A stretch of DNA of 17,742 nucleotides, from NCBI RefSeq assembly GCF_006345805.1, contig NW_021825043.1, forward strand, positions 1-17,742, in the 5' to 3' direction. Positions 1-9,849 of the stretch are shown piece after piece. The notes under the pieces are model-generated. The model ran no database searches and was not told the origin of the DNA. It saw only the letters and a program-made list of their open reading frames with translations. A program made the position numbers and the translations under genes. The first letter of the stretch is position 1; every line of letters starts with the position of its first letter. Source of the stretch: Octopus sinensis (lineage: Eukaryota).

Positions 1-127
1 CTGTTTGGTTGCAGTCGAAATCTCAGGAAACGAAAATAAAATCATGATTAATTTCAAAAAATTTCAAAGTAAAATGATATTAGACATAACAAGAACCATG
101 AATGTATATACATAAGTATATATATAA

Positions 128-131
<4 letters not shown>

Positions 132-185
<54 letters not shown>

Positions 186-284
186 GTATGTATAAAAATA
201 CAAAATGGGACAAGAACGCAAAACATCCAAATAGACGATATATATATTATGTATATACGTATATATTAAATAATAGATAGTATA

Positions 285-336
<52 letters not shown>

Positions 337-501
337 TCACTCATTTGGTATATGGTGTATAGGACGTCACCAACGGTGCAAATAACAGGAAATACGTAAA
401 CAACATAAACAACGTAAATAAGACGTACAAGTAGTTTCTTGCTATTGAGACACGTGGTAAGGCATATTTTCATATCGTACCTCGAGCATTTATGTGTATG
501 A

Positions 502-534
<33 letters not shown>

Positions 535-556
535 TGTGTGTGTATGTGTGTGTGTG
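132..556. repeat. Dinucleotide microsatellite cluster: (CA)n ~132-180, (TA)n ~293-332, (TG)n ~502-556
   Basis: Read directly from the sequence; these tracts explain ORF 54..581. Confidence 0.95.
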
Positions 557-1053
557 CACATGTATGCTTACATACGTACATTCATTATATAAATATATTT
601 AGAGAAAGCTTGCTATATGTTATCAGGTCATGCACGTTTGCGAGTGACAGTTATGATAGACAATATTAATCAACTGATTAGCAGTAAACTGCCTTAATTA
701 ATTAAATTTTCCCACTAGCTGTCATACGCTAACATGTTACAAATATCGAGATATAAATCTCTAAGTAGTATGTTGCGAGATAATACAGCATAATATTGAT
801 TTGACATCAACGAATCTAATGACACAAAGCACCAACGTTTCTGAAATTGTGACTCTCGTCAAAAAGAGCTTTTCCTCTCAAGTAATACATTTGATGTTAT
901 AAATGACAAACGGCAACGTAAGGAGCACACTAATTTCAGCAGCACACAGTCAGAAAAAAGAAAGATTTTCGTGCATTAAAGTTTATGGGAAACCCAGTTT
1001 CGCATATGGAAACCGAAATGGTTTTTTGAGATCTTTTGAATCTTTTCTTTTTT

Positions 1054-1093
1054 GGGGTAGGGGGAGTGGGGGGAGTGGGGGGGAGTGGGGGGG
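1054..1093 (+). other. G-tract repeat (G5-7 AGT)n, potential G-quadruplex
   Basis: ggggtagggggagtggggggagtgggggggagtggggggg: five runs of 4 or more G with 3-nt loops. Confidence 0.6.
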
Positions 1094-1177
1094 AAGAGTG
1101 CGTCTTAGTGCCATTTATATGCAGGAATTTTATCTTCAATATTAAGAGTAGGTTTTAAATATATGTAAATATACTTT

Positions 1178-1218
<41 letters not shown>

Positions 1219-1331
1219 ATACACACACACACACGTTTAATTAATTCTTTTCAATGTCTCGTGTCTTAAATAACCAATGAAGAATAAGACAACGCTGAGA
1301 AAGCATGAAAACGGAAAGAATATAACTATTA

Positions 1332-1806
1332 GGCGCAGGAGTGGTTGTGTGGTAAGTAGCTTGCTTACCAACCACATGGTTCTGGGTTCAGTCCCATTGC
1401 GTAGCACTTTGGACAAGTGTCTTCTACTATAGCATTGGTCCGACCAAAGCCTTGTGAGTGGATTTGGTAGATGGAAGCTGAAAGAAGCCCATCGTATACA
1501 TATATATATATATATTATATATTATATATAATATTATATATATATATATATATACTTATATATATGTATGTATGTATGCGTAGGTGTATATGTTTGTGTG
1601 TCTATATTTATCCACCAACCCCAACATCGCTTGACAACCGATGGTGGTGTGTTTGCGTCCCCGTAACTTAGCGGTTCAGCAAAAGAGACCAATAGAATAG
1701 GTACTAGGCTTACAAAGACTAAGTCCTGGGGTCGATTTGCTCGACTAAAGGCGGTGCTCCAGCATGGCCGCAGTCAAATGGCTAAAACAAGTAAAAGAGT
1801 AAAAGA
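1332..1806 (+). mobile_element. tRNA-derived SINE, family 1 (near full length, internal TA/TG microsatellite)
   Basis: Head GGCGCAGGAGTGGTTGTGTGGT (A-box-like) and GGGTTCAGTCCC (B-box-like); central CTTTGGACAAGTGTCT; 3' GGCGGTGCTCCAGCATGGCCGCAGTCAAATG...AAGTAAAAGAGTAAAAGA. An independent inverted copy lies at 10703-11089. Confidence 0.9.
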
Positions 1807-1961
1807 TTAATCAAAGAGAAAGATATCAACTTTTAGATAATGGGAACTTGTAAGAATCTCACCGTAATTAAATTCTGGAGGAAAGGCCTTCCGGTAATCT
1901 GTTGTTCGGAGGAGATAATCCAAAGCTTCTGACCTATAAAATAAACATAAGTATATTGTTC

Positions 1962-2010
1962 AAGGTGGTGTTCCAGCATGGCCGCAGCGAAATGACTGAA
2001 GCAAGTCAAG
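1962..2010 (+). mobile_element. 3' tail fragment of SINE family 1
   Basis: aaggtggtgttccagcatggccgcagcgaaatgactgaagcaagt matches 1748-1795. Confidence 0.8.
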
Positions 2011-2021
2011 GAGTAATTATA

Positions 2022-2202
2022 AAATTGGCTTCAAATTTTGACAGCAATTTTGACAGCGTTCATCTGGTACTTATCTTATCGACCCCGGAAGGATGAAAGG
2101 CAAAGTCGACCTCAGCGGAATTTGAACTCAGAACGTTACGACAAACGAAACGCTACTAAGCATTTTGTTCTGTGTGCGAACAAGTTCTACAAGGAACCGC
2201 CT
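2022..2202 (-). mobile_element. tRNA-derived SINE, family 2, copy A (internally deleted 3' part)
   Basis: Minus strand reads AGGCGG...GAGTTCAAATTCCGCTGAGGTCGACTTTGCCTTTCATCCTTCCGGGGTCGATAAGATAAGTACCAG; homologous to 3520-3738 and 6466-6675. Confidence 0.85.
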
Positions 2203-2209
2203 TAAGAGC

Positions 2210-2314
2210 AAGAAGAAGAAGAAGAAGAAGAAGAAGAAGAAGAAGAAGAAGAAGAAGAAGAAGAAGAAGAAGAAGAAGAAGAAGAAGAAGAAGAAGAAGA
2301 AGAAGAAGAAGAAG
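2210..2314. repeat. (AAG)n microsatellite, about 35 units
   Basis: Pure AAG run. Confidence 0.97.
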
Positions 2315-2342
2315 AGCAGCAACAACAACAATGATAATAATA

Positions 2343-2454
2343 ATTCTTTCTGCTGTGGGCAGAAGACCTGAAATTTGGCAGAAGGGTATAAGTCGATTAC
2401 ATCAACCCCAGTGAATAACTGGTACTTATTTAATCGACCCCGAAAAGATGAAAG

Positions 2455-2455
<1 letters not shown>
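2343..2455 (-). mobile_element. SINE family 2, copy B (3' half only)
   Basis: gtcgattacatcaaccccagtg..ctggtacttatttaatcgaccccgaaaagatgaaagg matches copies C and D; cut off at the (AAT)n tract. Confidence 0.85.
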
Positions 2456-2548
<93 letters not shown>

Positions 2549-2577
2549 AAGAAGAAGAAGAAAAAGAAGAAGAAGAA
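2456..2577. repeat. Compound (AAT)n(AAG)n microsatellite
   Basis: About 21 AAT units followed by about 19 AAG units. Confidence 0.97.
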
Positions 2578-3259
2578 GAGAGCCTAATTGTAGCAGCCTA
2601 AGATCAAGCAATAAAAACAAACAACTTGAGAAAAAAATATGGAGAGAATGTGTCAGAAGAATGTAGAATCTGTGAAATGTGGAACGAGACAGTGGCACAC
2701 ATTATGGAAGAATGCCCCAAGTTGGTACAGGAAGAATATAAGACGCTAGAAACACATGGTACAATCATCGAGTCGAAAGAGTACGGGAGTCGGAGAAATG
2801 TAGGATTTTGTGAGACTTTCCTATTCAAATGGACAAGAAGTTAGAAAATAATAGACCGGACATAGTGATTATGGATAAGGAAAAGAGAAGTTGCTTACTT
2901 ATCGACCCACCATACTCGTTTGATTCCAGGATCGTAAAGGAAGGGGACGAAAAAACAAAGAAAATACAACCCCATAAAATTTGAAATAGGAAGAATTTAG
3001 AGCATGAGGACAGTAAAGGTCGTGTCGATAATAATTGGTGCGTTGGAAGCAGTAAGCCAAGATAGAGACAAATGGCTGAATGAGATTGCCTGGTAGAGGC
3101 CCTAAAGAAATTTTGATTCTTAGGGACAGCAAGGATTACCAGGAGGGTTCTAAGAGTTTGAAAGACCGCTGAAAACGTGTGGATACGTAAGGTTACAGGT
3201 AGTAACCCGCTACCCACATAATTCCTACCAGGAATAACACCGAACCTGAGCCAAACCAA
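2578..3259 (+). mobile_element. Decayed R4/Dong-like non-LTR retrotransposon 3' fragment 1 (zinc knuckle + RLE + 3'UTR)
   Basis: Manual translation across shifts gives ESLIVAA*DQAIKTN, CRICEMWNETVAHIMEECPKL (CCHC, from 2662), NNRPDIVIMDKEKRSCLLID (RPD at 2853), IIIGALEAV and LGTARITRRVLRV* (stop 3159-3161). A short (AAT)5 follows. Confidence 0.85.
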
Positions 3260-3276
3260 AATAATAATAATAATAA

Positions 3277-3506
3277 CGTGCCAATTATTGTTGGGTCTCT
3301 GGAGACGGTATCGGAGGGCATCAAGAAGAATATAAGGGAAATCGGAATAGAACTGCTACGAAAGGTTTGCCTCCTTGGCACGGCCAGAATAATTAGGCAA
3401 GTATTAGATAATTAAAAAAGAACAGATATATTAAAAAGAACAGATAACATGGTACCGTACGCACGCAAGACTCCAGGAGATACAACAAAACCTGGGTTAT
3501 AAATAA
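3277..3506 (+). mobile_element. R4/Dong-like 3' terminal fragment 2 (different subfamily)
   Basis: VPIIVGSLETVSEGIKKNIREIGIELLRKVCLLGTARIIRQVLDN* (stop 3413-3415) is the C-terminal RLE motif (P+++GxLG...LLGTA.I+R). The 3' boundary is approximate. Confidence 0.8.
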
Positions 3507-3519
3507 TACTATCAACAAA

Positions 3520-3737
3520 GATTTCAACTTCTGGCACAAGGTCAGACAGATCGGGGTGGGGTGGGGGCAGGAGACAATTACATCGACCCCAGTGTTCAAC
3601 TGGTACTTATTTTATCGACTCAGGAAGGACGAACGGTAAAGTCGACCTCGGTGGAATTTGAACTCAGAACGTGAAGATGGATGAAATATCGCTTAGAATT
3701 TTGCCCGGCGTGCTAACCATTGTGCCAGTTCACCGCC

Positions 3738-3738
<1 letters not shown>
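3520..3738 (-). mobile_element. SINE family 2, copy C (near full length)
   Basis: Minus strand AGGCGGTGAACTGGCACAATGGTTAGCACGCCGGGC (A box) ... GAGTTCAAATTCCACC (B box) ... GGGGTCGATGTAAT. Confidence 0.9.
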
Positions 3739-3798
<60 letters not shown>

Positions 3799-3830
3799 TA
3801 ATAATAATAATAATAATAATGATAATAATG

Positions 3831-3882
<52 letters not shown>

Positions 3883-3924
3883 TAATAATAATAATAATAA
3901 TAATAATGATAATAATAATATAAC

Positions 3925-3986
<62 letters not shown>

Positions 3987-4076
3987 TAATAATAATAATA
4001 ATAACAATAATAATAATAATATCACCTCTATCTGATATGCTAAATAGAACTGGAAGCGGATATAATGATAATAATG

Positions 4077-4134
<58 letters not shown>

Positions 4135-4223
4135 TAATAATAATAATAATAATAACAATAATAATAATAATAATAATGATAATAATAATAATAATAATGA
4201 TAATAATAATAATAATAATAATG

Positions 4224-4299
<76 letters not shown>

Positions 4300-4336
4300 T
4301 AATAATAATAATAATAATAACAATAATAATAATAAT
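3739..4336. repeat. Long interrupted (AAT)n tract with GAT/AAC variants, containing a 43 bp retroelement fragment at 4021-4063
   Basis: Read directly from the sequence. Confidence 0.97.
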
Positions 4337-6094
4337 ATCACCTCTATCTGATATGCTAAATAGAACTGGAAGCGGATATGAATGTTACGGCAAAACGATC
4401 AGCCACCTTTTATATATGGATGACCTAAAACTATACGCTGCAAATGACAAACAGCTGGAAACACTATTAAAGACAGTTCATGGATTTACCAAAGAAATAG
4501 ATATGAAATTTGGATTAGAAAAATGCGCCAAAGTAACCATGAAAAGAGGAAAACTAGTTAAGAGTAACAACATCACACTAGATGAAGCAAATGAAATAAA
4601 AGAATTAGCAAAAAGCCAAACTTACAAATACTTAGGAATCCATGAACTAGATAAGACACAACACACACAATGAAAGAGAAAATAAAAAAAGAATATTATA
4701 GACGAGTTAGATCAATACTAAACACAGAGCTCAATGCTAAAAACAAGATAATAGGTATCAACACTTTAGCTGTCCCAGTTATAAGTTACAGCTACAATAT
4801 CCTTAAAATGGACACGAATGAACTGACCAAAATAGACAGGAAACAAGAAAAATAATGACAGGATCTAGGATGCATCACCCAAAATCTGACATAGAAAGAC
4901 TATATATACAACGTATAGAAGGTGGTAGAGGCCTATACAGCTGGAAAACTACTATAAAATAACCACCATAGGACTGCAAAAATATCTACTTCAGAAGGAA
5001 GGAAAACTGATCCAGATAGCGGCAAAACACGAGCAAAACAAAAAAACTGTTCTCAGTATTTAAGGAAGCTGACAAATACAAACAAGAAATCATACCACCT
5101 AATAAACATGAAGAAGAAGAAGAAGAAGATGAGAAGAAAAAGAAACACAAAAGCTATAAAAAAAATGAAATCCAAACTAAAAATAGAAAAGCAACGAACC
5201 ATGATAAAACGATGGCAAGAAAAGCCCCTTCATGGTAAATATGGACTAAACTAAACGCAAAAGAAATAGACAAAGAAAAATCCAGCAATGGTTGAGAAGC
5301 TCAGGACTCAAAGCAGAAACAGAGGGATTTTTAATTGCAGCACAAGACCAAAGCCTCCCCACCAGAAATTACCAAAAACATGCAATGAAAAGAAATATTA
5401 CAAGTAAATGCAGACAGAGAATATGTGGAGAGATGGACAAGACAATAAATCATATTCTCTAGCTGCCCAGTCCTGGCTAAGAAGGAATATATTCACAGAC
5501 ATGACAGAGTTGGAATTACATACATTGGAAGCTATGCCAACATTATGGAATAACAACAGAAAAAAGATGGTATAGGCACACACCAGAAAAGGTCACAGGA
5601 ACAGAAAACGAGAAAGCAACCATACTCTGGGATATGCCGATACACACAGATAGAGAAATTAAGGCCAACAGACCAGATATAGTTGTCAGAGACCACGAAG
5701 AAAAAAAATTGCTTTTAATTGATGTATCAGTACCGGCAGATGACAACGTGTCTCTAAAAGAAATGGAGAAAAACTCTCAAAATACAAAGACCTGGAAATA
5801 GAGGTAACTAGAATGTGGAATCTGAAAACAGAAACAATTCCTATCATAGTAGGGGCATTGGGCATGATAAAAAAATATTCAGACAAATACATAACAAAAA
5901 CACCAGGACTTACAAACACATATAACATACAGAAAATTGCACTACTAGGCACTGCACACATCCTACGCAGAACACTTTCCATACAATAACCATCAGAGCA
6001 TCACAACAAATCACAGCACATACCCAAGGCACACAGAGCTGCGCTCGGTAGTGTGAGTGAAGCACGCTATAAAAATAAAAACTAAAAACTACTG
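4337..6094 (+). mobile_element. 5'-truncated R4/Dong-clade non-LTR retrotransposon (RT C-half, thumb, CCHC knuckle, RLE, 3'UTR), frameshifted
   Basis: ISHLLYMDDLKLY (YMDD 4413-4424), FGLEKCA, YKYLG, INTLAVPVISYS, GGRGL, WLRSSGLKAETEGFLIAAQDQSLPTRNY, CRQRICG..TINHI..SCPVL, HRHD, ANRPDIVV (5670), DVSVPAD..KEMEK..KYKDL, IVGALG, ALLGTAHILRRTLSIQ* (stop 5987-5989). The ~105 nt UTR ends directly in (AAT)n. Confidence 0.95.
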
Positions 6095-6131
6095 AATAAT
6101 AATAATAATGATAATAATAATAATGATAGTA

Positions 6132-6167
<36 letters not shown>

Positions 6168-6184
6168 TAATAATAATAATAATG

Positions 6185-6230
<46 letters not shown>

Positions 6231-6247
6231 TAATAATAATAATAATA

Positions 6248-6299
<52 letters not shown>

Positions 6300-6391
6300 T
6301 AATAATGATAATAATAATAATAATAATAATGATAATAATAATAATAATGATAATAATAATAATGATAATAATAATAATAATAATAATAATG

Positions 6392-6446
<55 letters not shown>

Positions 6447-6465
6447 TAATAATAATAATAATAAT
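6095..6465. repeat. (AAT)n tract; equals the (ATT)n 3' tail of SINE copy D on the minus strand
   Basis: Tract is read directly; it abuts tcctttctac..., the SINE 3' end. Confidence 0.95.
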
Positions 6466-6675
6466 CCTTTCTACAATTGGCACAAGGCCTGGAATTTGAC
6501 GGAAGAGAACTAGTCGATTACACCTACCCCAGTATTCAACTGGTACTTATTTTTTCGACCCCGAAAAGATGAAAGGTAAAGTCGACCTCGGCAGCATTTG
6601 AACTGAGAAGGTAAAGACTGAGGAAATACCGCTGGACATTCTGTCCAGTTCACTAACGATTCTGCCAGCTTGCCG
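6466..6675 (-). mobile_element. SINE family 2, copy D (full length, ends GAAAGG(ATT)n)
   Basis: Minus strand CGGCAAGCTGGCAGAATCGTTAGTG...CAGTTCAAATGCTGCCGAGGTCGAC...GGCCTTGTGCCAATTGTAGAAAGGATTATT. Confidence 0.9.
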
Positions 6676-6704
6676 TAACTTCTAGTTTAGTTTCAAGACC
6701 AGCT

Positions 6705-6808
6705 ATTTACCAACCCCACCAAGCAGATGAAAGGCCGTATTGCACCTGGGTGGATTTGATTTCAGAACATAAAGTATTCTGTATCTTGTCCAACACTTTA
6801 ACGATTCA
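6705..6808 (-). mobile_element. Highly degenerate SINE family 2-like fragment
   Basis: gatgaaaggc...ggatttgatttcagaac...ttaacgattc resembles copy D. Confidence 0.5.
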
Positions 6809-7322
6809 CCTGTGAAGCGTTTTCTCTTCAGGTAAAGCGTGTCTTTCCTCTCGCTTTTTATTGTCTTTTTGATAATTTAGATTTTTGTTTGGAACAAGTC
6901 AACCGATCTCCTGTCGCCTCCGATTGTTCCTCGTCTTCCATAATTCGATGGAATGGCACTGTTATGATGAGAAGATTCTTGGTGAGATAGTTCTCACTGT
7001 TGTTGATTCGCATTGTATCCGCTGGTCGTAGTGGAGGGGGGAGTGTTCTCGCTATTTAAATCCTCGTAATGAAGACGGGACGGTCTCCCTGGAGTTGTGA
7101 CTGGTGCAAACTTAGGACAATCTATCGCAATGATTTGGTTCTATTGTCTGTTTCTAATGAGGCAAGATTAAGACACCTGAGACTCTGCAAGAAAGAAAGA
7201 AACCTCACAACAATGCAACACCTGTGTGTGTACAAACGCAATTATGCAACCCTCCCGAAGGTACTGTTACATCCCAAGCACACAACGGAGCAGCTGACGA
7301 CGGACTAAATACTCACAGTTAA

Positions 7323-7643
7323 GGCACATGCCTTAGTGCTTAGCGTATTCGGTTCACGGTCATAAGGTCGTGAGTTCGATTCCCGGTACCACGTTGTGTC
7401 CTTGAGCAAGACACTTTATTACACGTTGCTCCAGTCCATTCAGCTGGCAAAAATAACTAGTGCCTGTATTTCAAAGGGGCCAGCCTTGTCACACTCTGTG
7501 TCACGCTGAATCTCCCCGAGAACTACATTAAGGGTCCACGTGTCTGTGGAATGCTCAGCCACTTGCATGTTAATTTCACTAGAGGACTGTTCCGGTGATC
7601 GGCTCACCTGGAACACTCGTCGTCGCAAGCGACGGAGAGCCAA
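7323..7643 (+). mobile_element. tRNA-derived SINE, family 3 (full length)
   Basis: Head GGCACATGCCTTAGTGCTTAG (A box), GAGTTCGATTCCC (B box ~7372-7384), then TGTGTCCTTGAGCAAGACACTT. An inverted homolog lies at 12583-12821. Confidence 0.9.
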
Positions 7644-7761
7644 ATATTCTTTTTCTTTCTTTTCAGATACTCACATGAAACTAAACAAACACGATGATAA
7701 CAAATATAAATAACAATAAAAAATCAACAACATCAAGACTAACAACTACGAAGATGAGTTG

Positions 7762-7803
7762 GAGGAAGAAGAAGAGGATGAAGAGGATGAGGATGAGGAT
7801 GAA
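7762..7803. repeat. Purine-rich GAA/GAG/GAT degenerate triplet repeat
   Basis: gaggaagaagaagaggatgaagaggatgaggatgaggatgaa. Confidence 0.8.
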
Positions 7804-7914
7804 AGAATCGCCTGTTATGATGGAGTTTGCTCTGGAGATAAGCAAAGTCAGGAGCCGTGTGTTGCTTGTATTCTCTGGGGAGTATTTCGGATATGTCTAA
7901 TTTTCAGGAGTTGG

Positions 7915-7925
7915 CTATATATATA

Positions 7926-7956
<31 letters not shown>

Positions 7957-7988
7957 ATTAATATAACACGCAGACACACACATAATTA

Positions 7989-8072
<84 letters not shown>
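7915..8072. repeat. (TA)n tracts
   Basis: Read directly from the sequence. Confidence 0.95.
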
Positions 8073-8075
<3 letters not shown>

Positions 8076-8126
8076 AGGATAAATGGTACAACAAGGGCAC
8101 CAATATTTACTGGAAAATAGCAATCA

Positions 8127-8287
8127 TAATTAATATAACACACACACACATAATTTTATATATATATAATTATATAACACACACACACACACACAAACAT
8201 ATATATATATATATAATTAATATAAAACACACATATATATATTATAATATAACACACACACACACATATATATATATAATTAATATA

Positions 8288-8318
<31 letters not shown>

Positions 8319-8465
8319 ATTAATATAACACACACACACACATATATATATAATTAATATAACACACACACACATATATATAATTAATATAACACACACA
8401 CACACATATATATATAATTAATATAACACACACACACACATATATATATATAATTAATATAACAC
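8127..8465. repeat. Minisatellite, about 10 units of TAATTAATATAA(CA)n(TA)m, ~30-45 bp each
   Basis: The TAATTAATATAA anchor recurs at about 8127, 8167, 8214, 8253, 8277, 8317, 8351, 8381, 8416 and 8451. Confidence 0.9.
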
Positions 8466-8530
8466 ATACATACATATATCTACGCATACATACATACATA
8501 CATACATACAAACATACATACATATGCATA

Positions 8531-9625
8531 CAGCAAAAGCAGTAAAATGTGACAACCGATATCACCGACATCGCCCTCATCATAAGCAGTTGTCCGAAAA
8601 TGTCATCACGGTATTATCTACGGATGAGACATGATTTTGTAGCTAGGACACTGTATTACGAGATCCCCGAGGACAAAGAAATAAGAACCCACAATATGGT
8701 AGAAGCCATAGCCACTCATAATGAAGAGGAAAACTGGTGGAATGTACCAGAGAAGACCTCAATAAAATGTAAGCACAACAGACCTGATATAATGATTTGG
8801 GATAGAGAAGAGAAACTGCGTACAGTTGTGGAAATCAGCTGCCCAACAGATGTTAATATAAAGCTGAAGATCAGTGGAAAAGGGAACACCTGTGCTGAAC
8901 TATTGAGAAATCTGTAGTTACTGTATCCAGATTATAAGTTCCGGTTTATACCTGTAATTATAGGGTCCCTGGGATATGTAACACACTGCCTAAATTAGAC
9001 TTCTCAAATCCAGAAAGGAGAAAGCTGATTCGAAGACTACAGATTCAAAGCCATCACTGGAACAATAAAAATCTGTAAAACTTTCTAGATTTATCATTTA
9101 TGTATATAAGAGCATGTCTCGATATACAAAATATATACATAAAACAAAACAAAACACACATACATATATACATACACACATACATACATAAATAACATAC
9201 ATACATACATTACATACATACATACGACATAATACATACACAACACCACATACATACACACATATATACATAAATAAAGTATACATACATACATACATAC
9301 AACATACATACATACCATACATACATACATACATACAAACATACATACATACATACATACATAAATAACATATACATACATATACATACATACATACATA
9401 CATACATACATACATACATACATACATACATACAACTACATACCTACATACATACATACATACATATACATACATACATACATACAAACATACATACATA
9501 CATACATACATACAAAAATACTCTGTTGTTGAGGTTGATATTCCAATGAAGGAACCTTGGATCTGGGTTAGAAACCGGCTTTTTCTCTGTTGGCTAGAAA
9601 TCTTGAAATAAAACTCAATAATAAC
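8531..9625 (+). mobile_element. 3' fragment of a fourth RLE-type non-LTR retrotransposon (R2 superfamily, clade not resolved) with probable (CATA)n-containing 3'UTR
   Basis: IISSCPKMSSRYYLRMRHDFVAR (knuckle remnant + RHD), WWNVP, KHNRPDIMIWD, VVEISCP, FIPVIIGSLGY, then ITGTIKICKTF in a shifted frame ending ~9097. Including 9100-9625 (AATAAA at ~9607) is inference. Confidence 0.8.
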
Positions 9626-9767
9626 GTGTGTATATCCTGTTGTGTCTGGGGAGAGACACTCTCTTTTAGTGCCTCATGATTTAACACACTCACCGGTAAA
9701 ATTTCCACTTTCCTTCAACGCACGAACACACACAAAGAATCTTGCAAACCAAATGCAAGAACGAAAC

Positions 9768-9849
<82 letters not shown>

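Noticed and set aside
1171-1234. (GT)n...(AC)n inverted pair as a functional hairpin
   Set aside because: Expected by chance given the microsatellite density.
3671-4673. Long ORFs (226 aa, 202 aa) as poly-Asn/poly-Ile proteins or an RT fusion
   Set aside because: They are (AAT)n read-through into a 5'-truncated retroelement.
7323-7390. tRNA gene (also 1332-1400 and 3660-3738)
   Set aside because: The A/B boxes continue into SINE bodies with multiple dispersed copies; no complete cloverleaf is evident.
7759-7989. Acidic Cys-containing 76 aa ORF as a real protein
   Set aside because: It has a TTG start, upstream in-frame stops, a triplet-repeat core and runs into (TA)n; no recognisable domain.
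8127-8465. CRISPR-like repeat-spacer array
   Set aside because: The context is eukaryotic, the spacers are only (CA)n(TA)m, and there are no cas genes.
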